Source: an uncultured Chloroflexia bacterium | Lineage (GTDB): Bacteria > Chloroflexota > Limnocylindria > QHBO01 | NCBI GenBank assembly: GCA_963805645.1 | Contig: CAWDVA010000008.1 | Location: forward strand, 41,748-105,747 | Direction of reading: 5' to 3' | DNA length: 64,000 nt | Shown: positions 9,301-18,386 of the stretch, in pieces | Layout: each line of letters starts with the position of its first letter | Position numbering within the stretch: position 1 is the first letter of the stretch | The notes under the pieces: generated by a model | What the model saw: the letters and a program-made list of their open reading frames with translations, nothing else | The model's database searches: none | Told to the model about the DNA's origin: nothing | Translations under genes and position numbers: made by a program

Positions 9301-10217
9301 AGCCAGTCCCCCGAGCCGTCGCCCATCAGCACCCCGGAGTCGAGCTCGGATTCGAACAGGGCGAGCTCGTCAGCGGGGATGAGGAAGGCGTGCTCCCGTG
9401 CCGGGAAGGTCCCCGCGCGCACCTCGGCGGCGTAGGTCTCGAGCGCCGTGCGCGTCTCCTCGGCCAGGTGCGCGTACTGCTTCACGAAGCGCGGCATGGG
9501 ACCCTCGTTGACCCCCAGCAGGTCGTGCCAGACCAGGACCTGGCCATCGCAGTCGACGCCGGCTCCGATCCCGATGGTGGGGATCCGCAGCGCCTGCGTG
9601 ATCCGCGCGGAGACGCGCTGGGGGACCGCCTCGAGGACGATGGCGAAGCAGCCGGCGGACTGGAGCATCTGTGCGTCGGCGAAGAGCTGGCGCGCCTTGG
9701 CCGCCGTGCGGCCCTGCGCCTTGTGCCCGCCGAGCATCGTCGCGCTCTGCGGGGTGAGCCCGATATGACCCATGACCGGGATGCCGGCCGCCACGATGGC
9801 GCGGGCACGCGAGACGGAGCTGCCGCCGCCCTCGAGCTTGACGGCGTCGGCGCCAGCCTCCTTGACGAGGCGGACGGCATTGCGCACCGCTTCCTCGTCG
9901 GAGACCTGGAAGCTGCCGAGCGGCATGTCCACCAGGAAGAAGGCGCGCTTCGTGGTCCGGCGCGCGGCGCGGGCCAGGACCACCATCTCCTCCATGCTGA
10001 TGGGCGTGGTGCCGTCGTAGCCCAGGACGTTGTTCGCAGCGGAGTCGCCCACGAAGACGATGTCGACGCCCGCCTGGTCCGCCAGGCGCGCCGATGGGGC
10101 GTCGTAGGCGGTCACCATCACGATCCTCTCGCCGCGCTGCTTCTTCTCGGCGATGGCGGGCAGGGTGAGGTGGTCGGGTGCCGGGATGGATTGGCTGTCG
10201 CGGTCCGCGGTGCTCAT
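9297..10217 (-). CDS. panB: 3-methyl-2-oxobutanoate hydroxymethyltransferase
   Basis: 306 aa. IVMVTAYDAPSARLADQAGVDIVFVGDS...DMPLGSFQ...VKLEGG...GHIGLTPQS are canonical PanB blocks. Confidence 0.95.
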   Translation of the reverse strand: MSTADRDSQSIPAPDHLTLPAIAEKKQRGERIVMVTAYDAPSARLADQAGVDIVFVGDSAANNVLGYDGTTPISMEEMVVLARAARRTTKRAFFLVDMPLGSFQVSDEEAVRNAVRLVKEAGADAVKLEGGGSSVSRARAIVAAGIPVMGHIGLTPQSATMLGGHKAQGRTAAKARQLFADAQMLQSAGCFAIVLEAVPQRVSARITQALRIPTIGIGAGVDCDGQVLVWHDLLGVNEGPMPRFVKQYAHLAEETRTALETYAAEVRAGTFPAREHAFLIPADELALFESELDSGVLMGDGSGDWL

Positions 10218-11035
10218 GGCGCCTCCTCGTTGAGGAGCACATTGTCTATCAGACGTGTCGAGCCCACACGCACCGCGGCGGCCAGGGTCAGGCCATCGAG
10301 GTCGGCGACGTCCACGTAGTCGACGCCGAGGCCCTCGGTGCCCTCGATCAGCGCCCGGGCCGTGGTGCGCGCGCCATCGGTCCCGTCACCGGCCCGGAAG
10401 GCCGCCAGGCCGGCCTGCAGCCCGCGGGGAAGTGCCAGGGCCCGGTCGCGATCGGCGGGGGAGAGATACACGTTGCGGCTGGAGAGCGCGAGGCCGTCGG
10501 GGTCGCGGACGGTGGGGATCACCCGGATATCGAGCGGCAGGTCCAGGTCGCGGACGACGTGCTTGATCACGGCAACCTGCTGCGCGTCCTTGCGCCCGAA
10601 GTAGGCGACGGCCGGGCCGGCCGCGTTGAAGAGCTTGGTGCAGACGGTCGCCATGCCGGCGAAGTGCCCCGGGCGGAAGGCGCCCTCGAGGATCGTCGCG
10701 AGTGGGCCCGGGTCGATGCTGGTGGCGAAGCCGTCGGGATACATCTCGTCGACCGCCGGCGCGAAGAGGACGCCGATCCCCGCCGCCGCCGCCAGCTGCG
10801 CGTCGCGCGCCTCGTCCCGCGGGTACCGGGCGAGGTCCTCGCCGGGGCCGAACTGGGTTGGATTCACGAACAGGCTGGCGACGGCGACGTCGCACTCGGC
10901 CGCCGCGGCGCGGAAGAGGGTCAGGTGCCCCTCGTGGAAGTAGCCCATGGTCGGGACCAGCCCGATCCGGGCGCCGTCCGCCCGATGGGGGGCCAGCGTC
11001 GCGCGGAGCTCGGCGACGGTCCGGACCGTCGTCAC
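10214..11035 (-). CDS. panC: pantoate--beta-alanine ligase
   Basis: C-terminal part of ORF 10214..11578, from GTG 11035 (GTGA overlap with the upstream gene). LVPTMGYFHEGHLTL, VASLFVNPTQFGP, YFGRKDAQQ, LALSSRN. ATGA-type overlap with panB. Confidence 0.93.
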   Translation of the reverse strand: MTTVRTVAELRATLAPHRADGARIGLVPTMGYFHEGHLTLFRAAAAECDVAVASLFVNPTQFGPGEDLARYPRDEARDAQLAAAAGIGVLFAPAVDEMYPDGFATSIDPGPLATILEGAFRPGHFAGMATVCTKLFNAAGPAVAYFGRKDAQQVAVIKHVVRDLDLPLDIRVIPTVRDPDGLALSSRNVYLSPADRDRALALPRGLQAGLAAFRAGDGTDGARTTARALIEGTEGLGVDYVDVADLDGLTLAAAVRVGSTRLIDNVLLNEEAP

Positions 11036-11718
11036 GCCCGCGTCGCCTCGGCGAGGACCCGATACAGGGGAACGATCTCCGGCGCCCGCTCCTCGAGCGC
11101 GCGCAGGTGTGCCTCGATGGTGGCCCGGTCCCCGCGCGCGATGGGTCCGGTGAGCGCGAATCCGTTGGCGATGGTGCGTTCCATGAGGGGGACGAGTGCC
11201 TCGGGCGGCACACCCACCTCCTCGAAGAGGGCCGATGCCGTCCGGAACAGGGTCACCAGGTAGTTCCCGGCAATCACGGCTGCGGCGTGGTAGAGCGGCC
11301 GGTCCGCGTCGGCCAGGACGAAGGGTCGCAGCCCCAGGGTCTCCGCCAGCGCGGTCGCCGCATCGAGCGCCTCGGGGGTCTCCGCGGTGACCGCGCCCCA
11401 GGCACCGTCGAGCTGCTCGGGTCCGCGCTCGGTGGTGAGAGTCTGCAGCGGATGCACGCTGAAGCGACGGGCGTGGGGGTCGAGCGCCGCAAGGGTCGTG
11501 GCACCGGAGACGTGCGCCACCCAGGGGCCGGGCGCCACGGACCGCGCCACCTCGGGAATCGCCGCGTCGGGGACGCACAGCAGCACCAGGTCCGGCGCCG
11601 GCCCGGCCGGGGTGCCGTCACGACCCGCCACGTCGACGCGCAGGCCGCGATCGCGGAGCCGTGCCGCGAGGGCGCGTCCCGCACGACCGGAGCCGACCAC
11701 CCGGACCGATGCGATCAC
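11032..11718 (-). CDS. Rossmann-fold DUF2520-type oxidoreductase (possible PanG-like ketopantoate reductase)
   Basis: 228 aa. N-terminal VVGSGRAGRAL dinucleotide-binding motif and C-terminal ALTGPIARGD block. First gene of the pan operon. Confidence 0.6.
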   Translation of the reverse strand: MIASVRVVGSGRAGRALAARLRDRGLRVDVAGRDGTPAGPAPDLVLLCVPDAAIPEVARSVAPGPWVAHVSGATTLAALDPHARRFSVHPLQTLTTERGPEQLDGAWGAVTAETPEALDAATALAETLGLRPFVLADADRPLYHAAAVIAGNYLVTLFRTASALFEEVGVPPEALVPLMERTIANGFALTGPIARGDRATIEAHLRALEERAPEIVPLYRVLAEATRA

Positions 11719-11789
11719 GTGCCGAGTCTAGCCGTGTCCGGTACGCTTGGCCCCCGCCGGAGCGCGGCGAGAGGAGGGTGGGCGCCCCA

Positions 11790-12437
11790 ATGGATCGATG
11801 GGTCTGCAAGCGATGCTTTGCCTCGAACGACGGGGACGTGTCGGCCTGCGGCGCCTGCGGCTGGCCGCGCGGCGAGGAGCCGGTGCCGTCCGAGACGCTC
11901 GCGGCGGCCCCGGCCTACGCTCCCGCGGCCGGACCGGAACGCCCGACGCCGTGGTGGCGGCCGTTCCTGCGCTACTGGTGGGTCGTGGCGATCCTCGTGA
12001 TCGGCGGGTACGCCCTCAGCGGGTACCTTGGCCAGGCCCGTCGCGACGCGAGCGGCAGCATCACCACGGCCGGGTCGGTGGCGCTCACCGAGCTCCGCGT
12101 GGGCGACTGCTTCGATGCGCCGTCGGGCGGTACCGTCTCGCGGGTGACGGGACGTCCCTGCGCCGACTCGCACACGTTCGAGCTGTTCGCCATCGCCACC
12201 GACAGCGTTGACGAGACCTATCCCGACGATGCGGCCATGGGGAGCTTCCTCGCGTCCGCCTGCGTCCCCGCGTTCGCCGACTACGTGGGCAGCGCTTATG
12301 GCGCGTCGGCCCTGGAGATCCTGCCCGTCACGCCCACGGAGGACGGCTGGTCGCGCGGCGATCGCACCTTCTTCTGCGCCGTCTACGATCCGGCCACCGG
12401 CCAGCTGACCGGCTCGCTGCACGGCTCGGGCCGCTAG
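11790..12437 (+). CDS. septum-formation-family-like membrane protein with N-terminal zinc ribbon
   Basis: ORF 11661..12437 trimmed to ATG 11790, which is preceded by GAGGAGGG. CxxC...CxxC (CKRCF...CGACGW), one TM helix, then a GDCF...CADSHTFE...C...FFC domain. Confidence 0.6.
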   Translation: MDRWVCKRCFASNDGDVSACGACGWPRGEEPVPSETLAAAPAYAPAAGPERPTPWWRPFLRYWWVVAILVIGGYALSGYLGQARRDASGSITTAGSVALTELRVGDCFDAPSGGTVSRVTGRPCADSHTFELFAIATDSVDETYPDDAAMGSFLASACVPAFADYVGSAYGASALEILPVTPTEDGWSRGDRTFFCAVYDPATGQLTGSLHGSGR

Positions 12438-12449
12438 GGGTCGCCCAGG

Positions 12450-13526
12450 GTGGGCGCGATCGCCCTGGTGGGCCGCAAGGTCACCTGGATCGGCCTCGCC
12501 GCACTGGTTGCCGTCGCGGCCACGGCCGGGATGCGGATCGCCGGCGTGGAGGCGGTCGGGGTCTTCATCGGCTCGGCGATCGCGCTGGCTGCGCTCGCTT
12601 CGCTGGTGGGCGAGGGCACCGACCAGCTCGGCTCGCGCCTTGGCCCGGGCGCGACCGGGGTCCTGCAGTCGGCCCTGGGCAACCTGCCGGAGCTGTTCAT
12701 CAGCTTCTTCGCCCTCCAGGCCGGCCTGGTGACCGTGGTCCAGACCGCGCTGGTGGGCTCCATCCTGGCCAACTCGCTCCTGGTCCTGGGGCTCGCCTTC
12801 TTCCTGGGCGGCCTGCGCCACGGGACGCAGCGCTTCCGGTCCGAGGCCCCGCGCATGATCGCCGTCCTGATCCTGCTGGCCACCGCGGCGCTCGCCATCC
12901 CGGCTCTCGCGACGGCGCCCGGCGCACCGGACGCCGGACACGCGGTTGAGCTCTCCGTCGCCGTGTCGATCGTCCTGCTGGTCGTGTTCGCGGGATCGAT
13001 CCCGTTCTCCGTGGGCGGGCGTGCCGAGGATCCCGGCGAGGTTGAGGGGCGCTGGCCGCTGTGGCTGGCGATCGGCCTGCTGGCCGTCGCCGGGGCGGGT
13101 GCGGCGCTGACCAGCGACTGGTTCGTGGAGTCGCTGCGGCCGGCCATGGCGACGCTCCACCTGTCGGAAGAGTTCGTGGGCCTGGTCATCGTGGCCATCG
13201 CCGGCAACGCGGTCGAGAACGTGGTGGGCGTCCAGATGGCCCTGCGCAACCGCTCGGACCTGTCGGTGAGCCTGATCCTCAACTCGAGCCTGCAGGTGGC
13301 CCTGGCCCTGATCCCGGTGCTCATGCTCCTGAGCCTGGTCGTGGGGTCCACCCCCATGACCCTCGTCCTGCAGCCGCTGCTCATCGGCTCGCTCGTCCTC
13401 TCCGCCCTCCTGTCGGCGCTCATCACCGTTGACGGGCGCAGCACCTGGCTGGAGGGCCTGGCGCTGATAGGCCTCTACGCCATCATCGCCGCGTCGGTCT
13501 GGTGGGGCCCCGCCATCGGCGCCTGA
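12450..13526 (+). CDS. Ca2+/H+ antiporter (CaCA family)
   Basis: 358 aa with about 11 TM helices. Duplicated alpha-repeat motifs GNLPELFISF and GNAVENVVG. Confidence 0.85.
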   Translation: MGAIALVGRKVTWIGLAALVAVAATAGMRIAGVEAVGVFIGSAIALAALASLVGEGTDQLGSRLGPGATGVLQSALGNLPELFISFFALQAGLVTVVQTALVGSILANSLLVLGLAFFLGGLRHGTQRFRSEAPRMIAVLILLATAALAIPALATAPGAPDAGHAVELSVAVSIVLLVVFAGSIPFSVGGRAEDPGEVEGRWPLWLAIGLLAVAGAGAALTSDWFVESLRPAMATLHLSEEFVGLVIVAIAGNAVENVVGVQMALRNRSDLSVSLILNSSLQVALALIPVLMLLSLVVGSTPMTLVLQPLLIGSLVLSALLSALITVDGRSTWLEGLALIGLYAIIAASVWWGPAIGA

Positions 13527-13794
13527 CCGAGCCAATCCCCGGCGTTCGGCCCGTGTAACGGATCGTCGCCGTGCGTTGGACTCGGCCCGGCCCACCGACG
13601 CAGTGTTGCGCCGTCCGTACCGCACCGTCGCCGTGGCGGCATTCCAACCCACCGGTGCGTCCCTCCCCCGACGGTAGGGTTCAGCGGGATGAACGCAGCG
13701 TCGGGGGAGCGGTTGCCACCGGCCCCAGGGCGACGATGTGTTACACCCGGCGGAACATCGGCCGGTTCGATGGCCCGGGCTGATGGCCCGGACC

Positions 13795-15231
13795 TCAGCG
13801 CAGGGGTCCTCGCAGGGCCGATGCCGCGGCGTGGGCGCCGCACAGCCCGTGCACCCCGCCGCCCGGTGGCGTGGAGGACGAGCAGACGAAGAGGTGCGGA
13901 TCGGGGGTCGAGTAGGGGTCGATCCGGATCGCCGGCCGCGTGAAGAGCTGGAAGAGGTCCTGCACTCCGCCGTTGATGTCACCGCCGACGTAGTTGGGAT
14001 TCTCAGCCTCGAGCGCTGCCGGTCCGCGGGCGTGGACGGCGAGGATCCGTTCCCGGAAGCCGGGGGCAAAGCGCTCGACCTGGTCCAGGATCGCATCGGT
14101 CATGTCGACCGTGGAGCCGTTGGGCACGTGGCAATAGGCCCAGACGGTGTGCTTGCCCTCGGGTGCGCGCGACGCATCGAAGAGCGACTGCTGGGCCAGC
14201 AGCACGAACGGCCGCCGGCTCGTCCTGCCGCGCGCGACCGCGCCCTCGGCAGCGACGATCTCCTCCAGCGTGCCGCCAAGGTGGACGGTGCCCGCCTTCA
14301 GCAGATCGGGGTTCCGCCAGGGGATGGGCCCGTCGATGGCCAGGTCCACCTTGAAGCTGCCGGGTCCGTACCGATAGCGCCGCAGCTGGGCCGCGTACCA
14401 GCCGCCCAGGCGGTCCCCGGCCATGGCCAGCAGCTGCCGGGGCGTGACGTCGAGCAGCGCGGCATCGTGCTCGGGGAGCTGGCCCAGGTCGTCCACGCGA
14501 CGCCCGGTGACGATCGTGCCACCCAGGTCCGCGGTGAGGTGGGCCGCCAGGGCATCCACGATACGCTGCGAGCCACCGCGTGGCAGCGGCCAGCCCACCG
14601 CATGGGCGCTGGCCAGCAGCATGAGCCCGAACGCGCCGGAGGCCGGCCGGCCGAGGGGCAGCATGGCGTGAGCGGCCACTCCCGCCAGCAGCGCCCGCGC
14701 CCGATCGTCGTGGAAGCGGCGGGCCAGCCAGGTGGCCGGCTGGAGCGCCAGGAGCCCGAACCGTGGAATGGCGATGGGGTGACGGAACGGGGCGCCGATG
14801 CGCAGGGGACCCAGGAACTCGGCTGCGATCGTGTCCCAGCTGCGCGCCACCGGTCCGACGAGCCGCGCGTAGGCGGGGCCGTCGGCGCCGAGGCTCGCCA
14901 CCGTCTTGTCGAGGTCGCGGTACACCAGCGCCGCGCTCCCGTCATCCTGCGGATGGGCGAGCGCGATGGGCGGCTCGATCCACTCCAGCCCGTGGCGGTC
15001 GAGCGGGAGCCCGGAGAAGAACGTCGAGGCGCGGCCGAGCGGATGGATGGCGCTGCAGACGTCGTGGACGAAGCCCGGCAGGGTCAGCTCGGCGGAGCGG
15101 CAGCCACCCCCGATGGTGTCGTTGCCCTCCAGGACGGTGACCGAGCGGCCGGTCCGCGCAATCGCGATCGCGGCGGCGAGCCCGTTGGGGCCCGCACCGA
15201 CCACCACCGCATGGGCTCGCTCGCTGCTCAC
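13795..15231 (-). CDS. phytoene-desaturase-family NAD(P)/FAD-dependent oxidoreductase
   Basis: 478 aa. AVVVGAGPNGLAAAIAIARTGRSVTVLEGNDTIGGG dinucleotide motif and a CrtI-like C-terminus (PPGGGVHG). Confidence 0.8.
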   Translation of the reverse strand: MSSERAHAVVVGAGPNGLAAAIAIARTGRSVTVLEGNDTIGGGCRSAELTLPGFVHDVCSAIHPLGRASTFFSGLPLDRHGLEWIEPPIALAHPQDDGSAALVYRDLDKTVASLGADGPAYARLVGPVARSWDTIAAEFLGPLRIGAPFRHPIAIPRFGLLALQPATWLARRFHDDRARALLAGVAAHAMLPLGRPASGAFGLMLLASAHAVGWPLPRGGSQRIVDALAAHLTADLGGTIVTGRRVDDLGQLPEHDAALLDVTPRQLLAMAGDRLGGWYAAQLRRYRYGPGSFKVDLAIDGPIPWRNPDLLKAGTVHLGGTLEEIVAAEGAVARGRTSRRPFVLLAQQSLFDASRAPEGKHTVWAYCHVPNGSTVDMTDAILDQVERFAPGFRERILAVHARGPAALEAENPNYVGGDINGGVQDLFQLFTRPAIRIDPYSTPDPHLFVCSSSTPPGGGVHGLCGAHAAASALRGPLR

Positions 15232-15258
15232 CTCGCTAACGGTACGCGACGCTGCGGC

Positions 15259-15999
15259 TCAGGGTCGCCGCCGGATCCAGCGCGCCGGTGCCGCGACGGT
15301 GTGCACCATGGAGCGGAAGCCGGAGTTGTGGCGGACGTTGACCAGGTACCGCCACTGGCGCCGCCGGTCGACGCGCGTGATCTCGGTCGTCGGCTCGGCG
15401 CTCACGCCGAAGCGGGCCGCCAGGTTGCGGACCGTGTCCTGCCAGAAGCGGTTGTTGACCCGGTGGCCGCCGAAGACGAGGCCGAGTTCGAAGATCGGGT
15501 CGCTCGCGCGCTCCAGGGCCTGCGCCTGGGCCACGATCACGCCATCCGCGTCGCGGAAGGCGCTGAAGGTGATCCACGCCGAGAGCATGTGGCCTTCCGG
15601 GGTCATCAGGGTGAAGGCGTCGGGGTCGGCGAAGACCACCATGACCCCGGTGTGGAGCTTGACCGGTCCTGCCGCGCTCACCGACAGCAGCGCGACCTCG
15701 CCGGGCCGGATGCCCGCGAGCGGTGCGTAGAACGTGTTGCCCTTTGGCCAGAACGAGGGGAATTCGGCCTTCCAGGTGGCGATCACCGCCTGGGGGGTCA
15801 GGTCAGGATCGGCACCGGCCAGGCGGATCCGAAAGGTCTTCTGCCACATCTGGCCAAAGCCCTGGAGCGGGCCGGAGAGGCGCCGACCCCGGACCGTGCC
15901 GGCCAGGGCCCCGCTCGGAACGTCGGCGACCTGCAGCCGCTCTGTCGGCTGCGCCCAGGCGTCCGTGTCGGTGCGCTGCGGCGATTCGGCGGCGTTCAT
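15259..15999 (-). CDS. conserved hypothetical protein (paralog of 24280-24966)
   Basis: 246 aa. Shares blocks with ORF 24280..24966: RRLSGP(L/I)QGFG..WQKT(F/Y)R..L, F.LMTPEGH, DPI(F/Y)ELG. Family not recognised with confidence (possibly DUF1990-like). Confidence 0.7.
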   Translation of the reverse strand: MNAAESPQRTDTDAWAQPTERLQVADVPSGALAGTVRGRRLSGPLQGFGQMWQKTFRIRLAGADPDLTPQAVIATWKAEFPSFWPKGNTFYAPLAGIRPGEVALLSVSAAGPVKLHTGVMVVFADPDAFTLMTPEGHMLSAWITFSAFRDADGVIVAQAQALERASDPIFELGLVFGGHRVNNRFWQDTVRNLAARFGVSAEPTTEITRVDRRRQWRYLVNVRHNSGFRSMVHTVAAPARWIRRRP

Positions 16000-16014
16000 G
16001 AATGCGCGCCGCCG

Positions 16015-16350
16015 CTATGCCGGGACCGCGGCCAGCGCGTCGGCCTCGGACTCGACGATGCCGATCGCCTCGTCGAGCCGCGTCAGCGAGAGGATCTGGC
16101 GGTAGTGATCGGACAGCCCGTAGGCCAGCATTCGCTGTCCCTGGCGCTGCGCGCGGACCAGGAGGGTGACGAGCAGGCCGATGCCGGTGCTGTTCATGTA
16201 CTCCAGTGGCGAGAAGTTCAGGACGATGGCCCGTGTCTGCGGGCCGGAGGCCTGCTGGTAGGCCTCCATCAGGGCAGCCTCGGTGGCGCCCGTCAGCTCC
16301 CCGTCGATGTCGATGACGCTCGTGCGCTCGCCCCCGCTTCGGACCTGCAT
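16015..16350 (-). CDS. STAS-domain anti-sigma-factor antagonist
   Basis: 111 aa. VIDIDGELTG...LNFSPLEYMNSTGIGLLV...GLSDHYRQILSLTRL is a typical SpoIIAA/RsbV fold sequence with a Ser in the phosphorylatable MNSTG position. Confidence 0.85.
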   Translation of the reverse strand: MQVRSGGERTSVIDIDGELTGATEAALMEAYQQASGPQTRAIVLNFSPLEYMNSTGIGLLVTLLVRAQRQGQRMLAYGLSDHYRQILSLTRLDEAIGIVESEADALAAVPA

Positions 16351-16392
16351 CGGTGTTCGCTCCTCGTTTCGTGTGCTGGCTCGGGCCGGCCG

Positions 16393-16728
16393 TCAGGCGA
16401 CCGCGCTCGACTCGTCCGCGTGGATCGACAGGAAGTCGGCCAGGCGCGTGATCTCGAAGATCTGCCGGTAGTGCTCCGAGAGCCCGAAGGCGTGGACCGG
16501 CAGCTTCTCGCTGCGGGCCCGCGCCAGGAGCTCCACGACCAGGGCGATCCCGGTGCTGTTCATGTAGGTCAGGCCGGCGAAGTTGAGGATCACGCGATCG
16601 GTGTCTCCGGTTGCCTCGGCATAGGCGGCCTGCAGGGCATCGGCGGCCCCGCCGTCGAGCTCGCCGCTGATGTCGATGACGCCCGCCCCGTCGTGGCGAC
16701 GGGCGGTCGCCGCGAAGCGCTCAGTCAT
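16393..16728 (-). CDS. STAS-domain anti-sigma-factor antagonist (second copy)
   Basis: 111 aa paralog of 16015..16350 (LNFAGLTYMNSTGIALVV...GLSEHYRQIFEITRL). Overlaps the upstream gene by 8 nt. Confidence 0.85.
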   Translation of the reverse strand: MTERFAATARRHDGAGVIDISGELDGGAADALQAAYAEATGDTDRVILNFAGLTYMNSTGIALVVELLARARSEKLPVHAFGLSEHYRQIFEITRLADFLSIHADESSAVA

Positions 16729-18334
16729 GGTTCTCCTCCAGGTGCATCACCAGCTCGACGGTCTGCCCGTCGGCGTCGGGGGTGACGTGCATGGCATCCA
16801 CGAGGCTCTGGATCAGGAACAGGCCCCAGCCGCGCGGCGGCTGCTCCCCGCGGAGCTTCGCGGCGATGTCCGGCGTCTCGGTGATGGGGATGGGATGCTC
16901 TCCGTGGTCCCGGATCTCCACGACCAGGTCGCGGTCGCGGCGCAGGACCCGGACGTCGACCGGGATCACCGGGTCGTTGTGGTTTCCGTGCTCGATGGCG
17001 TTCATGGCCGTCTCGGCGACCGCGGTCTTGAGCTTCTCGAGGCGCTCGCCGGCGAGCCCCGCTGGCGCCGCCGCGTCCGCCACGCGGCGCATCACCTCGC
17101 GCTCGTTGCCGGCCTCGGACGGCACCTGGAACTCGGCGAGCACGCCGGCGGAGGCTGCGTCCGGCGAGGTGTCGGTCGCGGTTCCGGACGCGTCGCCCTC
17201 CCACCGCAGCGCGACCAGGGTGATGTCGTCCTCCTGCTCCCAGCCCGGCCCGGTGAACCGCTCGAGCTCCGCCAGGACGCGGGCGATCACGCCGCCGCGA
17301 CCCTCGCGGGGCTGGGCCACCAGGTCGCCGAGGCGGGGGATGCCGAACATCTCGCGGTCAGGGGCGTGCGCCTCGGCGATGCCGTCCGAGTGGAGGAGGA
17401 CCACCTGGCCGCGAGCAAGCTGCGCGGTCGTTTCGTCGTACGCCATGCCGGGCATGAGGCCCAGCGGCATCCCGGTCGCGCGGAGTTCGGTGGCGCCGTC
17501 ATCGGTCCGCACGAAGGGAAGGTTGTGACCGGCATTCGCGAAGCGGAGCGCTCCCGTGCGTGGGTCCAGGACGCCGTACAGGCAGGTGACGAACATGCGC
17601 GAGGGGATGTCGCCGTGGAGGAGATCGTTGACCCGGGCGAGCACGGCACCGGGATCGCCCAGCTCCTCGCCCGCGGCGCGGAGCAGGGACCGGGTGGCAG
17701 CCATCACCATGGCGGCCGGGACGCCCTTGTCGGTCACGTCGCCGACGGTGAAGGCAATGGTCCCGTCCGGCCGCTCCAGGACGTCGTAGAAGTCGCCGCC
17801 CACCGCGCGCGCCGGGCGATAGAAGGCCTCGATGCTCCAACCAGCAGGCTGCGGCAGCTCGACCGGGAGGAAGTGCTGCTGGATCAGCTGCGCGACGGCG
17901 AGCTCCTGCTCCATGCGCTGGCGCTCGCGCGCCTCCGCTTCCTGCTCCCGGACCAGCTGCGCCACGCGAAGCGCGGGTGCGGCCTGTCCGGCCAGGTTGT
18001 CGAGGAGGCGCCGATCGTCGGAGGAGTATTCCTGCTCGGAGCGACGCGGACCCAGGTTCAGGGTGCCGATCAGCTCGCCGGAGCTCACGAGCGGAACGAC
18101 CAGCTTGACCCCCGCGTCGCGGAGCTCGCGCACGGCGGTCGAATCCAGGGTCAGGGTGTCGAGATCTACCGGGCCGTTCGCGGCCTGGAGATAGGCCAGC
18201 AGCGGATCGTTCTCGGTGATCTCGACGGCCGGCGTCTCGGCCAGGGTCTCGACCGAAGCTTGGGGTAGCTCGGCTTCCGCGCGTCGGTTGCCGCGTCGCA
18301 CGACGCGTCGCAGGGCCTGGGTGAAGGTCGTCAT
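16721..18334 (-). CDS. fused partial-GAF / PP2C (SpoIIE-type) phosphatase / HATPase_c anti-sigma Ser-kinase-like protein
   Basis: ORF 16721..18367 trimmed to ATG 18334 (GGAG lies 8 nt upstream). PP2C blocks: GGDFYDV...VGDVTDKGVPAAM...FANAGHN...HSDGI...DDITL. C-terminal RsbW-like block: ETAMNAIEHGN...VEIRDHGE...GWGLFLI. Confidence 0.85.
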   Translation of the reverse strand: MTTFTQALRRVVRRGNRRAEAELPQASVETLAETPAVEITENDPLLAYLQAANGPVDLDTLTLDSTAVRELRDAGVKLVVPLVSSGELIGTLNLGPRRSEQEYSSDDRRLLDNLAGQAAPALRVAQLVREQEAEARERQRMEQELAVAQLIQQHFLPVELPQPAGWSIEAFYRPARAVGGDFYDVLERPDGTIAFTVGDVTDKGVPAAMVMAATRSLLRAAGEELGDPGAVLARVNDLLHGDIPSRMFVTCLYGVLDPRTGALRFANAGHNLPFVRTDDGATELRATGMPLGLMPGMAYDETTAQLARGQVVLLHSDGIAEAHAPDREMFGIPRLGDLVAQPREGRGGVIARVLAELERFTGPGWEQEDDITLVALRWEGDASGTATDTSPDAASAGVLAEFQVPSEAGNEREVMRRVADAAAPAGLAGERLEKLKTAVAETAMNAIEHGNHNDPVIPVDVRVLRRDRDLVVEIRDHGEHPIPITETPDIAAKLRGEQPPRGWGLFLIQSLVDAMHVTPDADGQTVELVMHLEENHD

Positions 18335-18342
18335 CGGCTCCG

Positions 18343-18374
18343 ATTCTCGTTCGGGGGTGTCCGCCAATCGTTAC
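18343..18374 (-). promoter_or_regulatory. promoter-like element copy 1: GTAACG-N5-CGGACA-N9-GAGAAT (minus strand), upstream of the PP2C/kinase gene
   Basis: Read directly from the sequence. The -10-like hexamer ends 8 nt before ATG 18334, so the transcript would be near-leaderless. Confidence 0.5.
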
Positions 18375-18386
18375 GAGAAGTTGGAC

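Noticed and set aside
13738-16785. 1015-aa plus-strand ORF, one of the longest in the track
   Set aside because: It lies antisense to four well-supported minus-strand genes (FAD oxidoreductase, conserved hypothetical, two STAS). The translation is Arg/Gly/Pro/Ala-rich with no recognisable domain. It is a typical shadow ORF of a high-GC genome.
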